Source: Octopus sinensis
Taxonomy: Eukaryota
Direction: 5' to 3'
DNA length: 64,000 nucleotides
Assembly (NCBI RefSeq): GCF_006345805.1
Contig: NC_043003.1
Coordinates: 39,928,001 to 39,992,000 of the forward strand
In this document: in pieces, positions 1-12,955 of the stretch
Layout: every line of letters begins with the position of its first letter
How positions within the stretch are numbered: the stretch's first letter is position 1
Made by a program: the position numbers and the translations under genes
The notes under the pieces: generated by a model
Databases searched by the model: none
What the model saw: only the letters and a program-made list of their open reading frames with translations
Told to the model about the DNA's origin: nothing

Positions 1-596
1 AATACTTCAACACAATACTTATTCATACTCCCTCACACACACATACAACCCACATTCCCGCTCTGGAAACGGACATCATTTAAAATTATGAATGGAGAAA
101 TGGAACAAATGGAATTAAAAATTATATTCACTTGGTAAAACGAACATTACCTAAAAATTATGAATGAAACAATGCAACAAAACAACAGACATCGTAAATA
201 GACACAAATTACTACGAATTCCTTAACAAAACTACCATGACAAACCAAAACTCATAAAAACATATAATGATAAAATCTCCCTTTACTAACTCTATAACAT
301 ACCTATATAGCAATCCCCCTAACCTAAACATCACACACAAATACACACACGTAAACCCACACACCCACGACATATACAAATACCCCCCTACTCACACATA
401 CCTACCTATACATACATATAAACCTCAATATATTTATGTATTGATTAAGTCTTTTCCTTGTTTGTTTTGCCAAATAGTGGTTTTGTCTCTAATAATATTA
501 TATAATATTATATAATATTATATAATATTTTACTATAAAATTGATTAATCCTAAATCTGATTTTTTTCCCTGTAAATTTGATTTATTCCCTAATAT

Positions 597-627
<31 letters not shown>

Positions 628-684
628 TATATAGATATATATATATAGTGTGTGTGTGTGTGGTGTGTGTGTGTGTGTGTGGTA

Positions 685-817
685 GCTTCTTTCAGTTTCC
701 GTCTTCCAAATACACTCTAAGCTTTTGGTCGGTCCGAGGCCATAGCAGAAGACTCTTTCCCAAGATATCATGCGGTAGAGGCTGAACCCAGAAACCATAT
801 AGTTGGGAAGCCACGCC
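685..817 (-). mobile_element. SINE family A (tRNA-derived head), 5' fragment
   Basis: Diverged match to the head region of the other family A copies (TTTCAGTTTCCGTC...CCAAATCCACTC...GAACCC...). Confidence 0.7.
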
Positions 818-1726
818 TATAATTATTGCACTTAAATTTTAACAATAAAATTTCACATGGACCCCGGTTGAAAAAACTACTCCGCTACTATAATATAAGG
901 TTCAAGAAGATCCATATTAATGTCTTGAAAAATATGATATTCATCATTTTGTTAAACACAAAAATGATACATAAAACAAAGCGAGTAACAGATTTCTATA
1001 TATTTTGTTAGATTTTTAACAGTAAAATTTTTGCCTTAACTTTCCACGCAAGATGCGCCAGAAAATTTTTTGTTTGATGCGAAGTACGTTAGTAATATTT
1101 TTCCTGTGCCAAGAACTCCAAAAAGATTGAGAATGTATGTGTGAGTGTGTGTATATACATATGTACACACATATACACACACACACACATACACACACAC
1201 ATACACACACATATATATTCATACATACATACATACATACATACGTACGTACATACATACATAGAGAGAGAGAGAGAGGCTGAGAGACAGAGAGTGGGGA
1301 GAAAGGCGTGGAGAGAAGCATCAGTTGATAAACACACCAGAGAATTCCACCGGCATGCGCGCGCGCAACACACACACACACACACACATGCAAGCACGCA
1401 CACAACTGGAAGATTAGCTTTGGACGATTTATTAATGCCAAAATATAGGCGAAAAAACAACACGTAGAAATAGCAGACGTGAAATAAACTACGAAAAAAT
1501 TGCGGGGTTAACAATAAAACAGTTATATATCGACCATGATGATTTTATCAGTTACGACATCGTTTCCATGACACCTTACTACCGAGTAAAAGAAAAAAAA
1601 TATGCGCCATTCATCCCTTCATTCAGAAGGTGAGTCGGAGAAGTCATTGAAACCTTAAAATGCATAAGAATGCGACTACTTCAGTAAAACATAACGAATT
1701 AATAAATATCTTTTATCTTTTGTGTT

Positions 1727-2192
1727 TTTATTTGTTTCAGTCTTTGGATTGCGGCCTTGCTGGGGCACCGCCTTGAAAGGCTTAGTTAAACAAATCGACC
1801 CCAGTATATTAAAAAAAAAAATCAAGTGTGGTATATATCTTTTAGAAGTCGTTTTCGTTTGCCGAACCACTAAGTATCTGGGACATAAACAAAGCAATAC
1901 CAGTTATCAAGTGGTGGTGGAGACAGATAAAAACACAAAGGTACACACACACACACACACACACACACACCACACACACACACACACACGCACACGCACA
2001 CACACACACACATGCAAATATATACGACGGACTTCTTTCAGTTTCCGTCTACCAAATCCACTCCCAAGGCTTTGGGTCGGTCTGAATCTATTGTGGAAGA
2101 GACTCGCTCAAGGCTTCACGCAGGGGAACTGAACTTGAAACTATGTGAATGAGAAACCAAACTTGTAACTACCCAACTATGCCTGCAACTGT
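1727..2192 (-). mobile_element. SINE family A, near full length, internal (CA)n
   Basis: Same tail-body-(CA)n-head order as the copies at 21455, 28188 and 43403. Confidence 0.75.
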
Positions 2193-2199
2193 CTCTCTC

Positions 2200-2380
2200 T
2201 CCCCTCTCTCTCTAGCCACTACACACATTTTTTTTCTCTCCTTGTGTTTTCTCTGTCCCTTTCTGTAGAAGAGCGTAGGCTCGAAACGTAAAATACTTTT
2301 TCTATTCCTGAGCGTTATATTAATACAACTGTTTGTTTTGTACACCACTCGTCTTCGTCTTTTGTTTTTTCGTAAACTCT

Positions 2381-2385
<5 letters not shown>
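2200..2385 (+). mobile_element. Short PLE pLTR-like element with hammerhead motif; 3' end abuts (TA)n
   Basis: Homologous to the minus-strand copies at 27675-27870 and 33430-33620, and more distantly to 10495-10690. Confidence 0.65.
2258..2293 (+). ncRNA. Minimal type I hammerhead-like motif, non-canonical core CUGUAGA
   Basis: ttt-CTGTAGA-A-GAGC(gtag)GCTC-GAAA-CG-TA-aaa: stem II plus a palindromic ACGT stem III, as in PLE hammerheads. Confidence 0.55.
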
Positions 2386-2421
<36 letters not shown>

Positions 2422-2634
2422 GGGAGGTGGGAGGTACATGTGCGCGTGCGCAACAGTAGCTCATTAGAATATAACACAAAGAGAATCATAAAGCGTTGTC
2501 AAATTGTCTCAACTCCACGGCTAAGGCTTTCAAAGTGCTGCACATTTATCTACATTGCACAGGTTTTAGTTATTCCAATTTACGCCGTACCCTATATAAA
2601 TACATACTATTTAATAAACTACATACTGACGTAT

Positions 2635-3125
<491 letters not shown>

Positions 3126-3170
3126 TCGAAAATACCTAGGAATGAGAAGCCAGGTTCGAAATTTCCCCAA

Positions 3171-3216
3171 GACATCTGCTGAAGGCTGGAGGGTATATCA
3201 GCCGAAACGTTGTATT
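3171..3216 (+). ncRNA. Degenerate minimal hammerhead (CUGCUGA core) in a PLE pLTR-like unit (about 3125-3240)
   Basis: gacat-CTGCTGA-A-GGCTG(gagggtatat)CAGCC-GAAA-CG-TT-gtatt; same unit as 11843-11888. Confidence 0.65.
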
Positions 3217-3629
3217 AACAACAAACAAGATGAGGACAAGTAACTTAGCGGTTCAGCAAAAGAGTTCGATAGAACAAGTACCAGGCTTTAAAAAAAATTA
3301 TTGGGATCGATTCATTCGACTAAAAATTCTTCAAGATGGTGTCCCATCATGATCGCAGTCTAAAGACTGAAACAAAAAGATAAGATATAAAGATGGCCTT
3401 TTAGAAAATGTGACTAAATTTACATAAGACTGAACTAATTAATATAATGCAAAGAAAAGGTTTTGAGTAATGGCAAATTTTTTTTAATTCTTCAGAGTGC
3501 AATGGTATTAATCGTCAAATGTTCTAGGCTCATCTGGCTCCGGCTGACAGCACCCAGTAAGGCACTCGTCTATAGGATTCCAGACTAGGTCTTTGGCAGC
3601 AAGCTGATTAATGTGGTAACAGTGATTTA

Positions 3630-3846
3630 AAGCGGCAAGCTGGCAGAATCGTTAGCATGTTGGGCAAAATGCTTTGCGGTATTTCGTCCGTCTGTACATT
3701 AATTCTGAGTTCAAATTCCGCCGAGGTTAAATTTGCCTTTCGTCCTTTCGGAGTCGATAAAATCAGAACCTGTTGAGCACTGACGTCGATGTAATCGACG
3801 TATACCTTCCCCCAGAATTGCTGGCCTTGTACCAAAATTTGAAACT
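3630..3846 (+). mobile_element. SINE family B
   Basis: GGCGGCAAGCTGGCAGAATCGTTAG head, GAGTTCAAATTCCGCCGAGG B-box region, and a body shared with 5095, 5438, 43245 and 53413. Confidence 0.75.
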
Positions 3847-4154
3847 GATGTGGTAAGAGTGATTGACAACACAATGATAATTCACTGACGTCATCAAAGA
3901 TCGGTGGTCACTTGGGACGCTCGACGTCTATCCTCAACAATTTACTGTTCTGGCAATATAATTTCTGTTCTGACTGCGACGTAATCGAAAAGTAGCTCCA
4001 CTCTAGCTTATTAAGCACCAAAATACCTGCTTCCTGAACCAATAGTGGCGAGCACCGACGATATATTGACACGAGGAATAACTTATATTGGATAAAGTGT
4101 AAGGTATTTCAAGTGTGACACGCAAATTCGTGAAACGTTCCACATAACTTCGTA

Positions 4155-4540
4155 TGCGCAGGCATGGCTGTATGGTTAAGAAACTCTGTTGGAAACTACG
4201 TGGTTTCGTGTTCAGTCTCAGTGCACGGCACCTTAGGCGGGGCTAGTACCTTCAATTATAGCCCCGGATTGACCAATGCCTTATGAGTGAATTTGGTAAA
4301 TAGGAACTGTGGGACCCTGTTGTATATATGTGTGTATGTAAGTAAGTCTTTGTGGTTGTCTCCTCTCACCAACCACCACCATTGCTTTGCAACCGGTGTT
4401 GGTTTGCTTACGTCCTCGTAACGTAGCGGTTCGGCATAATGGACCAATAAAATAAACACAAGATTTCAAAATGAATAGCGAGGTCGATCTATCCCTCAGC
4501 ATGGCTGCAATCCAATGACAGAAACAAGTAAAGGTTAAAG
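4155..4540 (+). mobile_element. SINE family A, diverged
   Basis: Head GGCATGGCTGTATGGTTAAG; tail CAGCATGGCTGCAATCCAATGACAGAAACAAGTAAA. Confidence 0.7.
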
Positions 4541-4899
4541 GTACAGCGAGGTAAACACCAACACTATCACAGCAGCCTCCGCCCGAATCCTCATCAGCAA
4601 TGCGATCATCATTAACAACATAACCATCGCCACCACCATCGCCAACTTCATCACCTCCTCCATCGCCACTAGCATAGCCACTACTATCGCCATCATCAAC
4701 ATGGACTGTTTTGTCGAGACGTTTAGACGTTTAGATGTTTAGATCACTCTAGCTTATTATGCACCAAAATACCAGCTTGTTTAATCCATAGAAGCAAGCT
4801 CCTTTCATTATAAATGAATTATATTAAATAAAATGTAAGATCTGGACTATTTGTGAGTATAAACATTTCGAAAGTGAAACATACTGGTTTGCTGCCTAA

Positions 4900-5070
4900 A
4901 GCAATAATTCTCAACCATTTTTTTTTTTATCTATGGACCTTTTTGGTTACTATTTTGTTCTAGTGGGACCTCATAGCCAATTGGATGTCTAAAACAAGAC
5001 TAGTTTCATACATACTTCTTTCAAAATTCCTGTTTTGTTTTTCACCCATTTACTTGTGTAGGCTTTCAAT
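4900..5070 (-). mobile_element. hAT (Charlie-like) MITE fragment
   Basis: Reverse-complement homolog of 35600-35783; terminus ATTCTCAACC. Confidence 0.55.
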
Positions 5071-5094
5071 GGGATTGTCTGATGGAACATGTTC

Positions 5095-5325
5095 AGTAGC
5101 CAGAAACTTTTTGGTTTCAAATTTTAGCACAAGGTCAGCAACTTCGTGAAGTGAGGTAAGTCGTTTACATCGTCCCCAGTGATCGACTGGTACTTATTTT
5201 ATCGACCCCGAAAGAATGACAGGCAAAGTCAACTCCTGCGGCATTTGAACTCAAAATGTAAAGTCGGAAGAAATGCCGCTGAGCACTTTTTCCCAGTTTG
5301 GTAACGATTCCGTCAGCTCGTAACC
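5095..5325 (-). mobile_element. SINE family B
   Basis: Reverse-complement homology to 3630-3846. Confidence 0.7.
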
Positions 5326-5437
5326 AGAAACATTGAACTTCCAGCATCAGAGAAAGAAACCTAGTTGTTTCTTGTAATAATTACATCTTAAGCAAAATTT
5401 TGTCTGGGATTCTTGAAGTACTGTTTTGGATCCCCAA

Positions 5438-5620
5438 AATGCTTAGAGGTATCATGTCCGTCTATACGTTCGTTCTGAGTTCAAATTCCGCTGAGGTCGA
5501 CTTTGCCTTTCACCCCCACTTCGGGATCGATAAAATAAGTACCAACTGAGTTCTGGGGTCCGATGTAATCGACTTACCTTCTCTACCAAAAACTGCCAGC
5601 CGTGTGCCAAAATTTGAAAA
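5438..5620 (+). mobile_element. SINE family B, 5' truncated
   Basis: GTTCTGAGTTCAAATTCCGCTGAGGTCGACTTTGCC...GTGCCAAAATTTGAAA. Confidence 0.7.
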
Positions 5621-6039
5621 AAACAATATTTACCGATCTAGTAAAGTTGAAGGGCAAAATTGAACCCGATTAGATTTGAACTCAAAACATAGAGAAGTGG
5701 TAGCGGTGGTTATGATGCGGGTGGTTATGGTGGCGATGCTGATTGTAGTAATGATGATGGTTGTCGGTGGCGATGGTAGCGTTGATGATAGCGGTTCTGA
5801 TGGTAGACACAGATGTTTTGTCAGTAACCGACAAGAGTAACATTCTTAGAATCTCTCTAATGGAGAGTTCAGTCCAAATTGTAAAAGTTTGTTCTTTTAC
5901 CTCGCCACAAAACCAATTTATTCTACTCTCGAACGGTTTATAATTCACTTGATGATGTTAGGCTAACAGCTGTTAAGTGCTTATTAATACAGCTACGCAG
6001 TTAGACAGAATGATATACCGAACTCTTATTTTAAATACG

Positions 6040-6169
6040 TACGTACATACATACATATATGTACACACACATATGTGTGTATGTATATAAATGTATATAT
6101 GTATATATATATGTATGTATATATATATATATGTATGTGTATGTATATATATATATATATATGTATGTG

Positions 6170-6202
<33 letters not shown>

Positions 6203-6264
6203 ATATATATATATGTATAATTATATATATGTATATATATATATGTATATCTATATATATGTTA

Positions 6265-6299
<35 letters not shown>

Positions 6300-6304
6300 A
6301 TATG

Positions 6305-6342
<38 letters not shown>

Positions 6343-6351
6343 TATATATGT

Positions 6352-6427
<76 letters not shown>

Positions 6428-6630
6428 GTATATATATATGTATATTATATATATATATATATATAATATATATATATACCTATATATTGTATATATATAC
6501 ACTTATATGTGTGTGTATAATACCTACAACATCATACATACATATATTATGCATACATATTGTATGTTTATGTACACATACATACGCACGAGTACGCACC
6601 TACACAAACGCGTAGGTATATAAGTGCGCA

Positions 6631-6675
<45 letters not shown>
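6040..6675. repeat. Compound (TA)n/(TATG)n/(TG)n microsatellite
   Basis: Direct inspection; source of the YI/CV pseudo-ORFs. Confidence 0.95.
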
Positions 6676-6678
<3 letters not shown>

Positions 6679-6894
6679 GTGTGTTATGGATACGTAAGTC
6701 AAGGAATACATCCAAATTTCTCGGCAGCACAGCAAGGCTAATGAACTGACTTTGCAAAGTTTTGAACTTTTTTTTCATAAAAGTTCTTTGTCAGAGTTCA
6801 TTTAACACCGGTTGTTATGATGCTGGGTTGGAACAGCTTAGAGAGTCATGTTATAACATGGCTAGAAAACAGCTTGGAACAACATGACGGTGAC

Positions 6895-6913
6895 GGTGTG
6901 ACTGGGTGGTGGT

Positions 6914-6945
<32 letters not shown>

Positions 6946-7335
6946 TTGTGGTGGTTGTGTGGTGGTGGTGGTGGTGGTGGTGGTGGAAGTAGGGGTGGGC
7001 GTAGTGGTGGTCGCGGCATATGTATTGGTGTTGGTTTTGGTGGTAGTGGTAGTGATGTTGATGTTGTTGTTGTTGTTGTTGGTGGTGGTGATGGTGATGG
7101 TGGTGGTTGTAGTGGCGGCGTCGTTATATGTATTGGCGCTGGTGATGGTGGTAGTGGTAACATTGTTGTTGTTGTTGTTACGGTGGTGGTGGTGGTGTTG
7201 GTAGTGGTGGTGGAAGCTGTGGTGGCGAGTATTCTTGGTAGTGATGGGTGCCAATGGCGGCGATGGTGGTGTTGGTATTGGTCTTGGCGGTGGCTGAGGA
7301 TGTTTGTGGTATAGTTGTGGTGGTGGCGGTGTTGA
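6895..7335. repeat. (GGT)/(GGC)/(GTT) triplet-rich low-complexity tract
   Basis: Direct inspection. Confidence 0.9.
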
Positions 7336-7521
7336 TGGTATATGAAGTCGTGTCAGTAAACTCCAACACCATCATCTTGAACAATGGCCAAGATTGAAGT
7401 AAAGAAAGAAAAAAAGGAAAATAAAAAGTGAAAAATAATTCTTTTTCCTCTATTATCAGTCTTAAAATAAATAACAATGGATTTGGAGTAGACGTACATA
7501 TGGACACACACGCACACGCAT

Positions 7522-7566
<45 letters not shown>

Positions 7567-7935
7567 AACACAAACGCACACATACAAACACACACGCACA
7601 CGTACACCACATGAATGCGTAGAAGCATATATTAGTGTGCGCGTGTATATATGTACGTAGCTACGTATGTATGTATGTATGTATGTATGTATGTATGTAT
7701 GTATGTATGTATGTATGTATGTATGTGTGTATGTATGCGTGTATACAGACAGAAGCACGTACACGAACATAACACCCCCACACATTTACACTCCCATATG
7801 CATATGTATGAAATAAGTTTCAATGCACGTGTGTCGATGTATATATATATATATATACATTCATATATACATGTATGTGTGTGTATATATATTATATATA
7901 TATATATATATATATGTATATACATATTTCCTTTT

Positions 7936-9224
7936 CCTGTCTTATACTGTTCACAATTTGCACTGTCGTTACTGTCCTGTTGTTACTATTTTTTATCCCC
8001 CTGCGAACGGATCTCAGAATTTTAATTGATTTGCTTTTCGCAGGAAGGAAAGTTTTCTTGTCGAAGATACGTCTCGCTTTTATCCTTCGAAACGTAGAGT
8101 AGATGAAAGCTTTAGCGACTGAAGAAGGGGTTTTTCCTTGTGTTAATTTGTCCTGTATTCTATTTTTTTGCTGTTTTTAATAAATGTCCTATTCCTTTGG
8201 TTTGTGTCTATGTTTTCGTTTCTCATTGTGTTCGACGTCCTTTTTGGTGTCCTGTACTCATATATGCGTGTATATGTACATGTAGAGGTAGGTACGTACA
8301 TATATGTTTAGATATATGCATATGTTTTATTTTATTTATTAATATATTATATGATGAAACGCACGCACCCCCTTAATTAAGATTGTTCTTTATATCAAGT
8401 TTTTGTTCTTGATATTAACTCTCACGCGCACTCTCAACCTTTCTGTCCCATCCCTTTCCCATCCTTTATTCTTTGTTTTCCTTTTCCTCTACTTAACCTG
8501 TCTCTTCCTCTCTCTCATTCTTCACTCTCTCTCTCCCTCTCTCCATTCTTCATGGTTTCCACGCAGCCATTCCCCTTCTCCTCTCCCTTTCTCTTGCTCC
8601 TCCTCCCCCCTTCCCGTCGTTCACCCGCGACGTGACTTCCGCCTTCCCGTCGTTCACCCGCGACGTCACCTCCGCTGCTGTCTCTCTCGCCTGGCTCTTT
8701 CAAGGTAATGGACGACACTCTTTTTGCTCCGCTCGTCGTCCATAAAAAATTCTGCGTTTGCAATACTTTTTTTCGTTCGGCGTCAACAGCCCTTCTTATC
8801 TTGTTTTCCTTGTCCTGTCTTATACTGTTCACAATTTGCACTGTCGTTACTGTCCTGTTGTTACTATTTTTTATTCCTCTGCGAAAGGATCTCAGAATTT
8901 TAATTGATTTGCTTTTTGCAGGAAGGAAAGTTTTCTTGTCGAAGATACGTCTCGCTTTTATCCTTCGAAACGTAGAGTAGATGAAAGCTTTAGCGACTGA
9001 AGAAGGGGTTTTTCCTTGTGTTAATTTGTCCTGTATTCTATATTTTGCTGTTTTTAATAAATGTCCAGTTCCTTTGGTTTGTGTCTATGTTTTCGTTTCT
9101 CATTGTGTTCGACGTCCTTTTTGGTGTCCTGTACTCATATATGCGTGTATATGTACATGTAGAGGTAGATACGTACATATATGTTTATATATATGCATAT
9201 GTTTTATTTTTATTTATTAATATA
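7936..9224 (+). mobile_element. Two direct copies (about 410 bp, period 878 bp) of a pLTR-like repeat, each ending in TA-rich sequence
   Basis: 7936-8346 matches 8814-9224 with few substitutions; relatives at about 22090-22640 and 63320-63500. Confidence 0.6.
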
Positions 9225-9230
9225 TATATA

Positions 9231-9282
<52 letters not shown>

Positions 9283-9430
9283 TGATGTACCACACACACA
9301 TATATATATATGTACAACGCATACATACATATGTACACATACATATCATTCATACATATATATATAATCATAATATATTATTATACTATATATATATATA
9401 TATGATATATATATTATATTATATATGTAT

Positions 9431-9507
9431 GTCACAACCAGTATCGGTTGTCGAGCGATGTTGGGGAGACAAACACAGACACACAAACATACACACACAC
9501 ATACGCA

Positions 9508-9565
<58 letters not shown>

Positions 9566-9572
9566 ACACACA

Positions 9573-9603
<31 letters not shown>

Positions 9604-9772
9604 GTATGTATATGTATATATACATACAGTTTCCGTCTACCAAATCCACTCACAAGGCTTTGATCGGTCCGAGGCTATAGTAGAAGACACTTGGCCAAGG
9701 TGCCACGCAGTGGGACTGAACCCGGAACCATGTGGCTGGTAAACAAGCTACTTACCATATACCCACTCCTAC
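9431..9772 (-). mobile_element. SINE family A, 3' truncated
   Basis: Head region nearly identical to the 21690-21847 and 28445-28596 copies. Confidence 0.8.
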
Positions 9773-9868
9773 ACTTACATATATAAATTTCAAAAATTTT
9801 TAATTGTTTCAGCTTCAAAGCTGCGGTCATACTACGGCATTGTATGTATATATATATATATATATATA

Positions 9869-10067
9869 TAATTTATATATAGAGGCATTATACATATATG
9901 CCAGACGGCATTATACATACATGCCAAACGCTAAGAGGGACAATCAGTCATTTCTACCAAAAATAGTAATATTTTTGGTAGAAATGACTGATTGTCCCTC
10001 TTAGCGTTTGGCATGTATGTATAATGCCGTCTGGCATGTATGTATAATGCCCTCTATATATAAATTA
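9869..10067. repeat. Near-perfect palindrome (97/98-bp arms, 4-nt loop)
   Basis: Arms 9869-9965 and 9970-10067 differ by 1 substitution and 1 indel. Confidence 0.9.
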
Positions 10068-10192
10068 ATATGTTCAATAAGAAATATTATTTTCGAAATG
10101 TTTTCCTTGGAGGTTTTTACGCTATCTACCTGACAATTTCTTGTTAAGTTTTCCTTATTAAGTAGTTGTCCTTAATTGCTATATATTATATA

Positions 10193-10241
<49 letters not shown>

Positions 10242-10494
10242 ACAACAAAACACACACACGAGACATATACACGCACACACATATTCCTCCTTGTTTCTGA
10301 CCTGTGACTCGCTATTGCTGCTTGCCACTAGCCTTCGCCCACCATATACACACATACACACACACGCACACACTCACACACACACCCTTGTCATCTCGCA
10401 CACCGTTGTTTACCATTCCTTCTTTTTCCGCTCTCTTGTCTTTGAAAACCTGCTCCCTCTTGTTTACCACTTCCGCCTTTTCAGTATGTTGACC

Positions 10495-10686
10495 TCGTGA
10501 AGACCACTTGCATTTTTTTCCCTCTGTCCTCCCACCTCGGGATCTTACTTTCTCCTCCTATTTTCCGACGAAGAGCTCCGCTCGAAACGTCATACCCTCA
10601 TTCTCCCTTTTTTCCTGAGCGCCCAATAATACTTTATTTGTTCCACATCCTCGCGTTTGTTGTCTTTTGTTTTCTTGTTTGGATTA

Positions 10687-10690
<4 letters not shown>
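10495..10690 (+). mobile_element. pLTR-like element with degenerate hammerhead (10561-10595, CCGACGA core); 3' end at (TA)n
   Basis: tttt-CCGACGA-A-GAGC(tcc)GCTC-GAAA-CG-TC. Confidence 0.55.
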
Positions 10691-10725
<35 letters not shown>

Positions 10726-10774
10726 ATATATATATATATATACATACTTTTATTTTTTTCTTTTATTCTTTTAT

Positions 10775-10930
10775 TTGTTTCAGTTCAGCCATTTGACTGC
10801 AGCCATACTGGAACACCACTTTAGTCGAGCAAATCGATCCCAGGACTTTCTAAGCTTAGTACTTATTCTATCGGTCTCTTTTACCGAAACGCTGAGTTAC
10901 AGGGCCGCAAACAAACCAACGTCGCTACTT
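10775..10930 (-). mobile_element. SINE family A, 3' half
   Basis: Matches the tail of the other family A copies. Confidence 0.75.
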
Positions 10931-10944
10931 AAAAAAAATAAGTA

Positions 10945-11557
10945 GCGATCGTAATACCCACCACGAAGAAATGATCAAACTCTGTAACAATCTATTAAGC
11001 AGCAACTACTCCCAAAGCATACTATCCACTCCAATTATAAAGAAAAGAGAGGATGAAACCAATGAACTGTCCACAGTCTGTCTACCCTACGTGAAAGGCC
11101 TCTTCGAAAAGATACAAAAGATATGCGTCCCATATGACATCAGGACAGTATTCAAGAGTAATACAACACTTCGCAAATATCTCCTCCGAGTAAAACCACC
11201 AATAGAAGAGAATATGACCAAAAACTGCGTGTACTCCATCCCATGCAGCTGTGGTAAGTTATACAAAGGCGAAACATGCCGTCCCTCAAAATAAGGGTAG
11301 AAGAACATCGCCAAGCTGTGACACGAGATGATATTGATAAATCGGGTATAGCTGATCTTGTATGGAAAAATGGAGACCACGTTTCTCTGTCGGATGAAGT
11401 TAAAATAATAGACAGAGAACACCACTGGAAAATACGAAAACTAAAAGAAGTAGCAGTTATGCTAGGACGCAACAACCTCCTTAGCAGACTGAGTGCAAAT
11501 ATGAATAGCACATGGGAACCGGTATTAAGGAAGGATAGGAAAATATTAGATGTATAA
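10945..11557 (+). pseudogene. Penelope-like element C-terminus: RT thumb/linker plus GIY-YIG endonuclease, frameshifted near 11285
   Basis: LPYVKGLFEKIQK...VFKSNTTLR...NCVYSIPCSCGKLYKGET...RVEEH...SGIADLVW...KIIDREHHWKIRKLKE matches the Penelope/Poseidon endonuclease signature. Confidence 0.9.
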
Positions 11558-11580
11558 GCCCTAAAATTCACTCCATAATT

Positions 11581-11642
11581 GCCCACGAGCAAATGGCGTA
11601 GTGGCTAAGAGCGGGGCTACTAACCCCATGATTCCGAGTTCG

Positions 11643-11689
<47 letters not shown>

Positions 11690-11728
11690 TAATAATATAA
11701 TAATAATAATGATAATAATAATAATGAT

Positions 11729-11767
<39 letters not shown>

Positions 11768-11945
11768 AATAATAATAATAATAACAACAACAACATCGAA
11801 AATTACCTTAGGAATGAGAACCCAGGTTTGAAATTTCCCCAAGACACCCGATGAAGGCTGGAGGGTATATCAGCCGAAACGTTGTGTTAACAAGAAACAT
11901 GATGAGGACAAATATCCGTCAAATGTAAATAATGTAAATAATGTG
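11581..11945 (+). mobile_element. tRNA-like head + (AAT/AAC)n + hammerhead-bearing tail, directly 3' of the PLE ORF
   Basis: A box TGGCGTAGTGG at 11594-11604, B-box-like GAGTTCG at 11636-11642, and tail homologous to 3125-3240 and 2635-2760. Confidence 0.7.
11843..11888 (+). ncRNA. Minimal type I hammerhead, U4C-substituted core
   Basis: GACAC-CCGATGA-A-GGCTG(10 nt)CAGCC-GAAA-CG-TT-GTGTT; stem I is GACAC/GTGTT. Confidence 0.7.
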
Positions 11946-12629
11946 ATCCTAATCTTCAGCCATTTTGAATTTCATGTAACTCCCAATAAATGTGTTGAAC
12001 GTCCTTCTCTCGTTTGTCCACTCACTCGTATGTATGTATGTGTGTATGTATGTATGTATGTATGTATGTATGTATGTATGTATGTATGTATGTATGTATG
12101 TATGTATGTATGTGTGTGTGTGTATGTGTGTGTGTGTGTGCTTGTAGGTATATGTATATATGCTAAAAAAATATATGGCGAAATTGATAGACCTACAGTA
12201 AATCGCTAAAGTAAACAAAAGCCTGGACAGCATCAGAGAATGTGAAATAATAAAGATTACGGAATGAAATGTAAATTTAAGGGCGTAAAAATGATAGGAG
12301 AAGAGCGTTAAGAAGCTCAGAACACGGGAGGTTTGAAACTGCAACCATAAAGTAAGAGAATGAGGAAAAAATTTTTAAAATAAATGTAAAAGAAAAAAAA
12401 GCAAGACATTTATCGAAAGAATGAAACAAACTGAAGGAACAGAATAAATTAGGATTAAAGGGGTGGAGAAAGAATAAAAAAAAAGTAGTGTCCGTTTCCT
12501 AGAAACACAAAGTTTATTTTGTTAAAAGGCAAAATGGACGCTTGATTATTTTTGTCTGTTAACAACTGGAGGGACTTCGTTCGCTGTCTGTCTGCTGCCT
12601 TGCAACTCCTTTCTCCCACCGTTGCTTAT

Positions 12630-12955
12630 GTGCATACGAAATGTATGTATGTATGTATGTATGTATGTATGTATGTATGTATGTATGTATATATGTATGT
12701 ATGTATGTATGTGTGTGTGTATGTATGTATGTATGTATGTATGTATGTATTATGTATGTATGTATGTATGTATGTATGTATGTATGTATGTATGTATGTA
12801 TGTATGCATGTATGTATGTATGTGTGTGTGTATGTATACATACATATATCTATATCTATATATATGCATGTATGTAAGTATACATATATACGTACATATA
12901 ACTATGTATGTATGTATGTATGTATGTATGTATGTATGTATGTATGTATGTATGT
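12630..12955. repeat. (ATGT)n microsatellite
   Basis: Direct inspection. Confidence 0.95.

Noticed and set aside
8050-8135. Hammerhead in the 8.1/8.9/22.4/63.4-kb family (TTGTCGA...CCTTCGAAACGTA; later CTGAAGA)
   Set aside because: The core is too degenerate and stems I and II cannot be formed convincingly in either permutation.
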